Source: Myxococcales bacterium (GTDB lineage Bacteria; Myxococcota_A; Polyangia; Polyangiales; DASUME01). From it: 64,000 nt of DNA. A program made the translations under genes and the position numbers. The stretch covers positions 3,136,001 to 3,200,000 of the forward strand of contig JASGJH010000001.1 of assembly GCA_047601445.1 (NCBI GenBank), read 5' to 3'. Positions 36,156-45,840 of the stretch are shown piece by piece. The notes under the pieces are model-generated. The model did no database searches. It saw nothing but the letters and a program-made list of their open reading frames with translations, and had not been told where the DNA came from. How positions within the stretch are numbered: the stretch's first letter is position 1; every line of letters starts with the position of its first letter.

Positions 36156-39080
36156 ATGTTGGTTTGCCCCCTCTGCCGTATCGTGCTCGCCGCGAACGAG
36201 TCCGTTTGCCCTCGTGATGGGCAGACCGGACGCGAAGCGGCGCCGCTCGCCGTCGTTCCAGGTCTCTCCAAGCGTTTTCACTTCGTGCAGCCCTTCGCCC
36301 ATGGCGACAGCGGCACGCTGTACCTGGCCGACGAACCCGAAACCGGAAGACGCGGCCTGCTCAAGGTGCTGCCTCCGGTGCCGCGCGCACTGCAGGCGGA
36401 GCGCCAGCGCCTGCGTCGTGAGTTGGTCAAGCAAGGCAGCCTCGAGAGCGCCTATTTGGTCGCGCCGTTCGCGACCGGTGAGACCGAGGGGCAGCTGTGG
36501 ATTTTCCGTGAATGGCTCGAGGGCGTGAGCCTGCGCGTGCGCCTGGCACGCCAGGGTGCGCTACCGCAGCCACAGGCGCTGTCCATCGCGGCCCAACTCG
36601 CGGTGGCCCTCGACGAACTGCACCGCGCGGGCCTCCTGCACCGCGACCTCAAGCCCGGCCATATCCTGCTCGATGCCCAGTCCGATGGGCTCACCGCGGT
36701 GCGCGTGGTCGACGCCGGGCTGTGCGCCCCCATCGCCATCGAAGGGGAAACGTCCGTGCTCGGCACGCCGGGCTACATCGCGCCCGAACAGCTCTCAGGC
36801 AAGCTGGTCAGCTTCCGCAGCGACCTCTACGCCCTCGGCTGTGTCCTCTACGAGATGCTGACCGGCAGCGCGGCGTTTAGCGGGCCCACCTCCCAGGCCG
36901 TGTTGCAGGCTCAACGAGACGGCAAGCACGGCCCCATCCCCGACAATCTTCCCGACGGCGTGAGCACCCTATTGCGCTCGCTCCTTGGCAAGGACCCGCA
37001 AGAGCGGCCTTTTTCGGCCCAAAAACTGCGACGCACGCTTGACCCTTACTTACCGGACGGTGCTGCCGTGACCAGACAACCCACGAAGACCTTCGCCAAC
37101 GTGCCCGACACCAAGAAGGTGCCTCCGCGCGAACCCACCGGGACCCTGCGCCCACCCGCGCCTCCTGGCGCCGGCGCCCAGAAGGCGACCGTGATGGGTC
37201 TCGGGTCGCCGCCGGCCGGCGGAGCCAAGGTCTCGGTGCCACCGCCGCCCCCGAGCAGCAACGCTAAGCTTCCCAAGGAGGCCACGCAGCGCCTCGAGAT
37301 CGAGCAGATCATCGCCAGCGCTCCCGCGCAGCCACGGGTGTCGGCCCCGCCGCCTCCTCCACGCGCTTCCATGGCGCCCCCCCAGGGTGGCCGTGTCTCG
37401 GTCCCACCACCACCTCCGGCCGGAGCGCGCTCGGCCCCTCCGCCAGCGCCTCGCTCGGCGCCGCCCAAGGCGCCCGTGGCGCGCCCTGCGTCGCAGGATC
37501 CGACCCAGGCCATCGACTTCGCGGAGGTGCTCGACGAGGGAGATGACGACGAGCTCGCGCCGCAGAACAAGGGCGTCGTAGAGCGCTCCGAGTTGACCCA
37601 GCCCATCCGCCTCGATCAGGTGCTCGCGGTGGCCGAGGCCAAGAAGCGCATGAGCGTGCCGCCCCCTTCGGCGGCCCGCGTCTCCGTTCCGCAAGCAGCT
37701 CCTGCGGTTCAGGTGCAGAGCGCTCCGGTGGTCGAGGTGCAAAGTGCACCCGCGCAGGCCGCGCCCGCACCAGTCGCGCCGGCGCCAGTCGCCCCCGTCC
37801 AGGCGGCACCGGCCCCGAGCGCGCCAGCATCCTCGATGTACGAGGATGACGCGGCGACCGTGGTCCACGATTACAGCGGACAGGCCGCTCCGAGCCCGGA
37901 CGCCACGCTGGTGGACACGCCCAGCATGAGCTCCGACATCAGCCTCGATGCCACCATCGAACGGCCCGCTCCGCAGCGCGTGCAGGCGGAAAGTGTCGCT
38001 GCCGCCGACGACGACGGCCCCGAGGGTGATCCCGAGGAAGACGAGGCCACCTCGGTCTCGTTCAAGCCCGCCGCCAAGGCGCTCATCTCGAAGAAGAAGA
38101 CCTTGATCGGCCGGGCCATGCAGAGCGCGCCGCAGCCGAACATGTCGCTCGACTTGGAGAACAGCGCCGTCAGCAGCGGGCCCACGCCCACCAGCGACTA
38201 CGAGCGCAGCAGCGAAGCGCGCTCCACCGCCAGCAGCCGGGCCGAGTACGAGGACACCCTCAACGGCACCGAGAACTTCATCCGCACGCGCCAGGCCATG
38301 GTCAAGCAGTACTGGCCGTACGCGGCTGCAGCCCTGCTCCTGCTCAGCGTCGGCGGCGGACTGATCGCCGCGCTCGGCGGCGACGACGAGCCGCAAGTGG
38401 CCTCGGTGAGCGAAGGCATTCCGACGCCCGCCGCGCTGCCGCCGCCCATCGTGCCGACCCCGGCGGTGATGCCGCTGGCAGTGGCTCCCGGCAAGGGCGA
38501 GCCACAACCGAGTGTGACCCCGGTGGCAGAGCCGCTCGCTCCCACGGTGGCCGACACGGCAGCGGACGAAGCGGACGAGGAGAGTGAGGAAGAGGAGCCC
38601 AAGGTGGCCCGCTCCGACTCCGACTCCAAGAGCTCGCACCACCGCAGCAGCCGACGCGAAAGCAAGCGCGAGGAGCGCGCCGCCAAGACCGCGAGCAGCA
38701 AGAGCAGCGGCAAGGCTAGCGACAGCAAGGAAGAGCGTTGGGCCAAGGCACGCCAGGAAGCCCAGGCCTTCTACGCCGCCAAGAAGTACAAGCAGGCAGC
38801 CCAGGCCTACGAGGTCGCCGCCAAGAACAACCCCACCCACGCGGGCACGTTCGCCGGTCTCGGCGCTTCGCGGCTCAAGGCGGGCGACGAGCGCGGCGCG
38901 GTGCAGGCCTATCAAAAGGCCGTGCAGATTTCGCCTTCCACGTCGGGCTTCCATGCTGCCCTCGGGCGCGCCTACGCGGCCATGGGCGACAAGGCCAAAG
39001 CTCGTGCCGCCTACAAGCGCGCGCTGGCCCTCGATCCCAAGAACGAAGCGGCCAAGACCGCGCTCAAAGAGCTCGGCTGA
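36156..39080 (+). CDS. Ser/Thr kinase-like protein (N-terminal Cys knuckle, Pro-rich linker, TM, C-terminal TPR)
   Basis: Motifs CPLC...CPRDG, HRDLKPGHI, VDAG, GTPGYIAPE, SDLYALG; TM YAAAALLLLSVGGGLIAAL; TPRs at the C-terminus. Confidence 0.88.
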   Translation: MLVCPLCRIVLAANESVCPRDGQTGREAAPLAVVPGLSKRFHFVQPFAHGDSGTLYLADEPETGRRGLLKVLPPVPRALQAERQRLRRELVKQGSLESAYLVAPFATGETEGQLWIFREWLEGVSLRVRLARQGALPQPQALSIAAQLAVALDELHRAGLLHRDLKPGHILLDAQSDGLTAVRVVDAGLCAPIAIEGETSVLGTPGYIAPEQLSGKLVSFRSDLYALGCVLYEMLTGSAAFSGPTSQAVLQAQRDGKHGPIPDNLPDGVSTLLRSLLGKDPQERPFSAQKLRRTLDPYLPDGAAVTRQPTKTFANVPDTKKVPPREPTGTLRPPAPPGAGAQKATVMGLGSPPAGGAKVSVPPPPPSSNAKLPKEATQRLEIEQIIASAPAQPRVSAPPPPPRASMAPPQGGRVSVPPPPPAGARSAPPPAPRSAPPKAPVARPASQDPTQAIDFAEVLDEGDDDELAPQNKGVVERSELTQPIRLDQVLAVAEAKKRMSVPPPSAARVSVPQAAPAVQVQSAPVVEVQSAPAQAAPAPVAPAPVAPVQAAPAPSAPASSMYEDDAATVVHDYSGQAAPSPDATLVDTPSMSSDISLDATIERPAPQRVQAESVAAADDDGPEGDPEEDEATSVSFKPAAKALISKKKTLIGRAMQSAPQPNMSLDLENSAVSSGPTPTSDYERSSEARSTASSRAEYEDTLNGTENFIRTRQAMVKQYWPYAAAALLLLSVGGGLIAALGGDDEPQVASVSEGIPTPAALPPPIVPTPAVMPLAVAPGKGEPQPSVTPVAEPLAPTVADTAADEADEESEEEEPKVARSDSDSKSSHHRSSRRESKREERAAKTASSKSSGKASDSKEERWAKARQEAQAFYAAKKYKQAAQAYEVAAKNNPTHAGTFAGLGASRLKAGDERGAVQAYQKAVQISPSTSGFHAALGRAYAAMGDKAKARAAYKRALALDPKNEAAKTALKELG

Positions 39081-39116
39081 GCCACGCGCTCAGGCGCGCT
39101 CGCGGCGCCCGGATAC

Positions 39117-40352
39117 TCAGGCGCGCTTGCGGCGCCTGGTGCGACGGCCCCAAAGGCCAGCCAGTCCCAGCATCAGACCACCGAGACTGGCAACGCCGCC
39201 GGAACCCGCGTGGCTACCGGGCGCAGTCACGCTGCAGTTCTCGTCGGCCTCGAACGACCGGCGCTTGGCGGGTCCGCCCGGCACGGCACTACCCGAGCCC
39301 TTGTAGCAGCCGTTGGTGCGGCAGAAGTCCTCGCAATCCGCGGCGCAATCGGCGTCCACGGGGTCGAGACTGCACACGCCGTCGCCGCAGCTGGGCTCGA
39401 TTCCACACAGGCGCATGCTCGGATAGCCCGTGGCGCACAGCGCATCGATCGCGGCGCCTGCGTACGTGGCCTGCTCCCAGCGCCACTCGGGGGCGCCGGA
39501 GTCGGCCGGCACCTGGTTCGCCACGCGACAGCCGTTCGCCGTCTCTTTGTAGTCGTCACCGCCGCGCACCAACACGCCCGCTAGCGCGTAGCTCGAATCC
39601 AGGATGGCCGAGCCGCTGGAACCCTCGAAGGTGTCCGAGTTGAGCGCGAAGAAGTCGTACTGCGACGTGCGCGCGTCCTGCACCATGGCGCCGCGGTCGA
39701 TCTTGAGTGGCAACCCGCTGGTGAAACCCAGCGCGATCACCGGATCCGACACCGTCATGGCGCCCTTGCGCACGGTCACTGGCGAGCGCGCGGAAGGGAC
39801 GCGGTCGAGCTGCACGATGGCGAAGTCGCTCTTCGTCTCCGTGAAAGTACGCAACACCACGTGGCGACAGGCGTATACGTCGCTCGAACTCACCTCTTCG
39901 AGCTGCCCTTCGTCACCGTAGGCATAGTCGAATACGAACGCGTAGCTGCGGCAGTCGTCGTCCGTCTCCACGCAGTGTCCGGCCGTGATCAACAAGTCCT
40001 TGTCGATGAGCACGCCCGAGCAAGTCGCCGCAGCTGGCTGATCCGCGAAGCGCTGCCCGTCGCACAAGTTGTAGGTCTGCCGGAGCGTGGTCTGCGAGAT
40101 GCGCACGTCGCCGGTGGCGAGTCGGTGCACGAGCGGCGTCTTGATCAACGCGGCCACCGAAGAGCGGGCGACCTCGCGCAGCACGGGATCCTCGACCTCG
40201 TAGAGGTCTTGCCGATCGTCGCGACCGTAGACGATGGCCTGTTCTCGCGTGAAGACCTCCGACTCCGTGTCTTCCGCGTCGCCGACGGCGGCACAGCCCG
40301 CGATGGTTACGATACTCAGCCCGAGAAGAGTCCGCTTCGCCGCCCAATCCAC
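39117..40352 (-). CDS. trypsin-like serine protease with MYXO-CTERM-like sorting tail
   Basis: Catalytic triad motifs ITAGHC, SDFAIV, GSSGS. N-terminal lipobox-like IAGC. C-terminal CSV...hydrophobic...RRTRRRKRA. Confidence 0.85.
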   Translation of the reverse strand: MDWAAKRTLLGLSIVTIAGCAAVGDAEDTESEVFTREQAIVYGRDDRQDLYEVEDPVLREVARSSVAALIKTPLVHRLATGDVRISQTTLRQTYNLCDGQRFADQPAAATCSGVLIDKDLLITAGHCVETDDDCRSYAFVFDYAYGDEGQLEEVSSSDVYACRHVVLRTFTETKSDFAIVQLDRVPSARSPVTVRKGAMTVSDPVIALGFTSGLPLKIDRGAMVQDARTSQYDFFALNSDTFEGSSGSAILDSSYALAGVLVRGGDDYKETANGCRVANQVPADSGAPEWRWEQATYAGAAIDALCATGYPSMRLCGIEPSCGDGVCSLDPVDADCAADCEDFCRTNGCYKGSGSAVPGGPAKRRSFEADENCSVTAPGSHAGSGGVASLGGLMLGLAGLWGRRTRRRKRA

Positions 40353-40439
40353 GCATGAAAGCGTAGCGAATCGAGCCTCCGAGGCCGACCGGATTTTGCG
40401 GGCTTGGACGCGCGACCCGACGACCGCACCTACCCTGGC

Positions 40440-41246
40440 CTACGGAGGCACACCGAACAGCGCCTCGAAGTTGGCGCTCAGCTGAGCCTCGACCTGTTCG
40501 ATGTCGATGCCCCAGAGCTCGCTGGCGTAGGCGAGTGTGTGCGTCACGTTGGCGGGCTCGTTGTCTCGCTCTTTGTCGGGACCCAGGTACGGGCAGTCTG
40601 TCTCCAGCAAGAGTCGCTCGCGCGGCAAGGTCTCCAGCATGCGGGTGAAGCTCTCAGAGCGTCGCGCGTTGGCTGGAATGGAGAGGTAGTGCCCCGCCTC
40701 CGCGATCTCGCGCGCCAGCTTGAGCTTGCCGCCGAAGCAATGCCAATCCACGCGCCGGGCGCCCATCTCGCGCAGGATCTCGAGCGCCCTGCGCTCACGC
40801 TTGCGCGTGTGGATGATGATGGCCTTGTCCGCCCGCATCGCGATCTCGACCAGCGCCCGAAAGGCCCTCTCTTGGGCCTCCCAAAACGCCTCCGGCACCC
40901 AGTAGCCGTCGAGCCCAATCTCGCCCACCGCAAACGCCTCGTCGACGTGTTCGGCAACCCACGCGATGGCTTCGTCCGCGTTCGCTTCGTGCGCGGCTTC
41001 GCGCGGGTAGTCGATGCCCGCCTTACGCATCTCGGGCAGCACCGCGTCCACCGGGTACAGGCCGAAGGCCGGCTTTACCAGGGAATCGCGGGCCGCGAGG
41101 GCACGGACCTGCTCGTTGTCTTCAGGGTTGAGTCCGTTCGAGATGATGCTCGTCAGTCCCGCCTGGCGAGCCGCCGCCAGCACCTGATTCAGCTCAGGGA
41201 GGAGCTTCGGGTGCGTGAGGTGGGCGTGCACATCGAACAGTCCCAT
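40440..41246 (-). CDS. tatD: TatD family DNase
   Basis: Motifs FDVHAHL, AVGEIGLD, IIHTRK, HCF, LLLETDCPY, NEPANV. Confidence 0.92.
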   Translation of the reverse strand: MGLFDVHAHLTHPKLLPELNQVLAAARQAGLTSIISNGLNPEDNEQVRALAARDSLVKPAFGLYPVDAVLPEMRKAGIDYPREAAHEANADEAIAWVAEHVDEAFAVGEIGLDGYWVPEAFWEAQERAFRALVEIAMRADKAIIIHTRKRERRALEILREMGARRVDWHCFGGKLKLAREIAEAGHYLSIPANARRSESFTRMLETLPRERLLLETDCPYLGPDKERDNEPANVTHTLAYASELWGIDIEQVEAQLSANFEALFGVPP

Positions 41247-41251
41247 GTGGC

Positions 41252-42993
41252 CTACTCGTTGGAGTCGTCGTCGCGGACACGCTGGCCGCCCGTGCGACCG
41301 CCTCCCTCGAACACGCGCTTCTGCCCGAAGCCGCCCTTCTTGCCGAAGCCGCCCTTCTTCTCGAAGCCGCCCTTGCCTCCGAAGCCGGCGCCCTTCTTCT
41401 CGAAGCCGCCCTTCTTCTCGAAGCCGCCCTTCTTCTCGAAGCCGCCCTTCTTCTCGAAGCCGCCCTTGCCCCCAAAGCCAGCGCCCTTCTTCTCGAAGCC
41501 GCCCTTCTTCTCGAAGCCGCCCTTCTTCTCGAAGCCGCCACGCTTGGCGAACGCAGGACGCTGCTCTCCGCCGTGCCTGCGGCGCGGTGCGGCGCCCTCT
41601 CCTCGGAATGCGCGCGGTGCGGCGCCCTCATCTCGAGACGCGCGCTGCCCGCCACGCTCCGGACGACCTTCCGAGCGAGCTCCACGCGGACGCTCGAAGT
41701 CGCCACCCGAGTCACGTCCAGTCCGAGCCCCAGCCGACCTGCGCGGACGCTCGAAATCTCCGCCACGCCCCGCGGGACGCGGACGCTCGAGATCGCCGCC
41801 CCGACCAGCCCGACGCGGACGCTCGAAGTCGCCGCCACGCCCCGCCGCACGGGGACGTTCGAAATCGCCGCCACGCCCTGCCGGACGCGCGCGCTCGAAA
41901 TCGCCACCACGGCCCGCCGAGCGTGGACGCTCGAAGCCTGCTCGCTCACCACGGCCCGCTGGACGCGGACGCTCGAAACGAGCGCCATCTCGCGCGCGAG
42001 TAGGCCTGGACTCCGGCTGAGAGTCCGCGTCGCCCTCGGACTCCGTTTCGCCCTCGGACTCCGTTTCGCCCTCGGACTCCTCATCCTGCTCGGCGTCGAT
42101 TGGCTTCGCCTTGCGCGTGAGCAAGCGAGCCCCACCGATCACCTTGCCGTCGGACGCAGCAGCGGATTCCAGCTCCAGCTCGGACGCGCTCGACTCGTCG
42201 GCGACGTCGTCCGCGGGCACCCCGGCCTCCTCAAGTAGCTCTTCCAATTCGCGCTCCGCCGCCGACTTCGCGGCAGCCCTGGGGCGCGGCTTGTCGATGG
42301 CGCGCGTCGGCGTGGGGCGCGGGTTGTTGTTGAGCTCCGCCAGGCGCTCTTCGATGGGCCGGGCCAAGGGCGCGTGGCGTACCCCGGCGCCGGACATGGC
42401 TTCCGAGACGTTGGCCATCGCCACCGAGAGCTCCAGCCGCGGCTTGCCCGAGCTGTTGCTGATGCGCACTCGCGGCGCAGCGTCACCCTCGTGAAGACCC
42501 GCCTCCGTGCGCAGCCAGATGGCCACGTCGCGCTCGTTGAGCTGGGCCGGGGACTCGCGCAGCCGCAGGCTCGCCGCCTCCATCAAGCTGCGCGCGCGCG
42601 GCAGGGGTACCCCCACCACCTCTTCGCTGAACCCCTCGAAGTCCATGACGCGCCGGGCGCGCCACAGGCCGAGCCGATGCACATCCAGAAGCTGAGCTCC
42701 GAGCTCTTCGAGCGCCGCCTCGGCGGCCGAGCCGTCTTGCCAGAGGGCCTGCATCGCCAGCACGCGCTGGTCGTAGACCGCCCGGGCGTCTCGATTTGCG
42801 ACCCCGGGGATGGTGTATCCCTCGCGGGGATCATTGACCTTGCCCTTGTCCTGGCGAGGCTTGCGGATCCGCAGCTTTTCCTCATCGCTGCGTGCGAATG
42901 CCTCGAGCTCAGGGGGTAGGCGTTTGCGCTCCGCCGAAGACCTTTAACGATCACGGGCGCGGTTTTGGGGGGACGTCCTGACACGCGCACCAT
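41252..42993 (-). CDS. hypothetical protein with acidic linker and long RGG/FERPR and GGFEKK low-complexity tail; 5' end uncertain
   Basis: The 503-aa ORF frame stays open upstream of 42763 to ~42942 (…RKRLPPELEAFARSDEEKLRIRKPRQDK…) with no start codon. A missing base near 42945 would join it to ATG 42993. Confidence 0.6.
41327..41539 (-). repeat. 18-nt intragenic tandem repeat encoding GGFEKK (8 exact copies plus variants)
   Basis: GAAGCCGCCCTTCTTCTC is repeated on the + strand. Confidence 0.92.
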
Positions 42994-43036
42994 ATAGCAG
43001 CTCGGATCGTCCCCGCAGGGATCGCTCGCGATTCCC

Positions 43037-43064
43037 TTGCATTTGTCCGGACCGCCCCTAGACT
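43037..43064 (+). promoter_or_regulatory. putative sigma-70 promoter of rplU-rpmA
   Basis: TTGCAT-N16-TAGACT, ending ~108 nt upstream of the rplU ATG. Confidence 0.55.
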
Positions 43065-43172
43065 TCCGCCTCCCTACCGCTGGGCAGGCAGTTTAAGCCC
43101 CCTGCGCGTTCCAGGGACAGCAAGGTCGCGACGGTCCCAACTGGGGCATCGCTCACTAAAGGACCCACAGAC

Positions 43173-43481
43173 ATGTACGCAGTCATTCGCACGGGCGGTA
43201 AGCAGTACCGCGTCAGCCAAGGTGAGACGCTCCGCGTAGAGAAGCTCCCGGGCGACGTCGGCGCCTCCATCACCTTCGACGAAGTCCTGATGATCGGCGG
43301 CGACAAGGTAAACGTGGGCAAGCCCCTCGTGGCCGGAGCCAAGGTCAGCGCTCAGATCACCGCGCAGGACCGGGCCAAGAAGGTCATCGTGTTCAAGATG
43401 CGTCGCCGCAAGAACTACCGTCGCAAGAACGGTCACCGGCAGTACTTCACCGAAGTCAAAATCACGGGCATCAACGCCTGA
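43173..43481 (+). CDS. rplU: 50S ribosomal protein L21
   Basis: [14 protein letters not shown]...KKVIVFK...GHRQYFT. Confidence 0.99.
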   Translation: MYAVIRTGGKQYRVSQGETLRVEKLPGDVGASITFDEVLMIGGDKVNVGKPLVAGAKVSAQITAQDRAKKVIVFKMRRRKNYRRKNGHRQYFTEVKITGINA

Positions 43482-43499
43482 TCACGCGGAGAAAGCACA

Positions 43500-43790
43500 A
43501 TGGCACATAAAAAAGGTCAAGGTTCTTCGCGAAACGGTCGTGACTCGAGCGCCCAGTACCGCGGCGTAAAGCGCTTCGCGGGCGAAAAGGTCCAGGCCGG
43601 CAACATCCTGGTCCGCCAGGTCGGCAGCCAGTTCCACGCCGGCAACAACGTCGGCATCGGCAGCGATTTCACCCTCTGGGCCAAGATCGACGGCGTCGTG
43701 AAGTTCGAGCGCTTCGGCAAGCGCCGCCAGCGCATCGCCGTGTACGCCGAAGGCGACGCCCGCCTCGCCCCCGCCGCAGCCGCCAACTGA
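43500..43790 (+). CDS. rpmA: 50S ribosomal protein L27
   Basis: [16 protein letters not shown]...GNILVRQ. Confidence 0.99.
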   Translation: MAHKKGQGSSRNGRDSSAQYRGVKRFAGEKVQAGNILVRQVGSQFHAGNNVGIGSDFTLWAKIDGVVKFERFGKRRQRIAVYAEGDARLAPAAAAN

Positions 43791-43829
43791 GCGCTCACAC
43801 CTAACGAGGCAGCCCAAACCGCTGCCCCC

Positions 43830-43857
43830 AAGGCCCGGCAACTGCCCGGGCCTTTTG
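43830..43857 (+). terminator. intrinsic terminator after rpmA
   Basis: AAGGCCCGG-loop-CCGGGCCTT followed by TTGTAATTT. Confidence 0.75.
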
Positions 43858-43959
43858 TAATTTGGTCAGCAGCCAGCAGGTATCCGCCAGCGGGACGCAG
43901 CCGGCAGCACGCGGCTATCCGCCAGCGGCGGGCGGCGATCTGCTCAGCGGCACGCGGCC

Positions 43960-44270
43960 ACCTACGCAGCCACCGCCACAGTCGCTGGCCAGGGTCTCCG
44001 GCCACCAGCAAGGTCCCGGCCACCGCCACGGTCTCCAGCCACCGCCACGGTCTCCGGCCACGGCCACCAGCGAGGTCTCGGCCACCGCCACGGTCTCCGG
44101 CCACGGCCCCCAGCACGGTCTCCGGCCACGGTCTACCGCCACCGCCACCGCCACCGCCACCGCCACGGCGACGGTCTCCGGCCACCGCCACCTGCACGGT
44201 CCTGGCCACGGTCTCCGGCCACGGTCTCCGGGCCACCGCCACGGTCTCCCGCCACCGTGACCGTCTCTCT
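43960..44270. repeat. intergenic, strand-asymmetric simple repeat built from GCCACC / GCCACG / GGTCTCC modules
   Basis: Many copies of (C)ACGGTCTCCGGCCAC and a (CCGCCA)n run at ~44136-44165. Confidence 0.85.
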
Positions 44271-44318
44271 CCCCCGTCCCGCTCCCTTTCCTCTCGCACT
44301 CCCTGGTATCCTTGCTTC

Positions 44319-45839
44319 GTGGATTCCGCCCGTAGCCCTGGGCCCTTGCGTTCCCCTGGCCCCGCCTCTTCCTTCGAGCAGCTCACCCTGCCGGACGTCG
44401 AACTCTCGGTCTCCCATTCCGCCCTGGTCCCGGCCCGTAAGCAGCGCATCTACTGCAACCGCAGCATCCGGCTCGACCAGATCGAATGGATCGGCTTCGA
44501 CATGGACTACACGCTGGCCATCTACGACCAGCCCAAGATGGATCAGCTCACCATCGACGCGGCCCTGCAAAAGCTGCGCACCAAGGGCTATCCCGAGAGC
44601 CTGCTCAACCTGAAGTTCGAGCTCGATTTCCCGGTCCGTGGCCTGTTGCTCGACGCCAAGCTCGGCAACGTGATCAAGATGGACCGCTACAAGTACGTGA
44701 AGCGCGCCTATCACGGGATGCGCGAGCTCGGCTACGACGAGCGACGCACCCTCTATCACGCCAGCCGGCTGCGCACGAAGCGCTCCAGTCGCTATCACTT
44801 CATCGACACCCTCTACGCGCTCAGCGAAGTGACCCTGTTCGCTGCCGGCGTCCAGCACATGGAGAGCCTGGGCATGCAGGTGGACTACGCCAAGTGGTTC
44901 GCCGACATCCGCGAGACCGTCGACCTGTCCCACCAGGACGGCTCGATTCTCGAGGCCATCGTGCAGAACCCGGCCCACTACATCCAGCGCGACCCCGACC
45001 TGCCCTTGACACTCCACAAGCTGCGCAGCGCGGGCAAGAAGCTGTTCCTGCTCACCAACTCGCAACCCGCCTACACCGATCGCATCATGCGCTATCTGCT
45101 CGAGGGCTCCCTGCCCGAATACAAGAGCTGGATGCACATGTTCGACATCGTGATCACGGCGTCCAAGAAGCCACGCTTCTTCATCGAAGAAGACGTGCCC
45201 TTCCTGAGCACCGCGGGCAAGCCCGTGAGCAAGCTCGAGCGTGGCAAGATGTACGTGGGCGGCTGCAGCGAGGAGCTCGCGCGCATCACCAAGATCAACG
45301 ACGACCGCGTGCTCTACGTGGGCGATCACATCTACGGCGACGTGCTGCGCGCCAAGCGACACAGCGCCTGGCGTACCGCGATGATCATCCAGGAGCTCGA
45401 AGAGGAGCTGTCCGGCGTGGCGCGTACCAGCGAAGCGAGCGACCGCTGGGATCGGCTCGAGGAGGCGCGCCAGGCACTCTCCGACGAACTCAATCACGTA
45501 CAGGAGACGCTGCGCACACGGGAGAAGCGCAAGAGCAAGAACAAGGCGGACACGCCCGAGGACTCGGCCGAGCGCCTGCGCTTACGCCGCCGCATCGAGC
45601 GAGTGCGCGCCAAGATCAAGATGGTCGACCACGAGTGCGCCCAGCTGGAGAACGAGATCGAGTCGCAATTCCACCGCTACTGGGGCCCCCTGTTGAAAGC
45701 GGGTGCCGAGCCCTCCAGCTTCGGGCATCAGGTGGAGGCCTACGCCTGTCTCTACACCGGCAAGGTCTCGAACCTGCTCGCCTACTCTCCGATGCACTAC
45801 TTCCGTAGCCCGCGCGAGCGCTTGCCTCACGAGCTCTAG
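44319..45839 (+). CDS. HAD-IG family (cN-II type) 5'-nucleotidase
   Basis: Motifs GFDMDYTLAIY, FLLTNS, SKKPRFF, YVGDHIYGDV, WRTAMIIQEL. Confidence 0.93.
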   Translation: MDSARSPGPLRSPGPASSFEQLTLPDVELSVSHSALVPARKQRIYCNRSIRLDQIEWIGFDMDYTLAIYDQPKMDQLTIDAALQKLRTKGYPESLLNLKFELDFPVRGLLLDAKLGNVIKMDRYKYVKRAYHGMRELGYDERRTLYHASRLRTKRSSRYHFIDTLYALSEVTLFAAGVQHMESLGMQVDYAKWFADIRETVDLSHQDGSILEAIVQNPAHYIQRDPDLPLTLHKLRSAGKKLFLLTNSQPAYTDRIMRYLLEGSLPEYKSWMHMFDIVITASKKPRFFIEEDVPFLSTAGKPVSKLERGKMYVGGCSEELARITKINDDRVLYVGDHIYGDVLRAKRHSAWRTAMIIQELEEELSGVARTSEASDRWDRLEEARQALSDELNHVQETLRTREKRKSKNKADTPEDSAERLRLRRRIERVRAKIKMVDHECAQLENEIESQFHRYWGPLLKAGAEPSSFGHQVEAYACLYTGKVSNLLAYSPMHYFRSPRERLPHEL

Positions 45840-45840
45840 A

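Noticed and set aside
43065..43172. Ribosomal-protein autoregulatory leader ahead of rplU (GGGAC...GTCCC stem)
   Set aside because: Plausible, but a short GC stem cannot be told from chance without comparative alignment.
43862..44260. ORFs over the simple-repeat tract (TATVSGHG / GHRHGL peptides), or a CRISPR reading of it
   Set aside because: Module phasing is irregular, there is no RBS, and there is no constant repeat-spacer period. It is better explained as a non-coding repeat.
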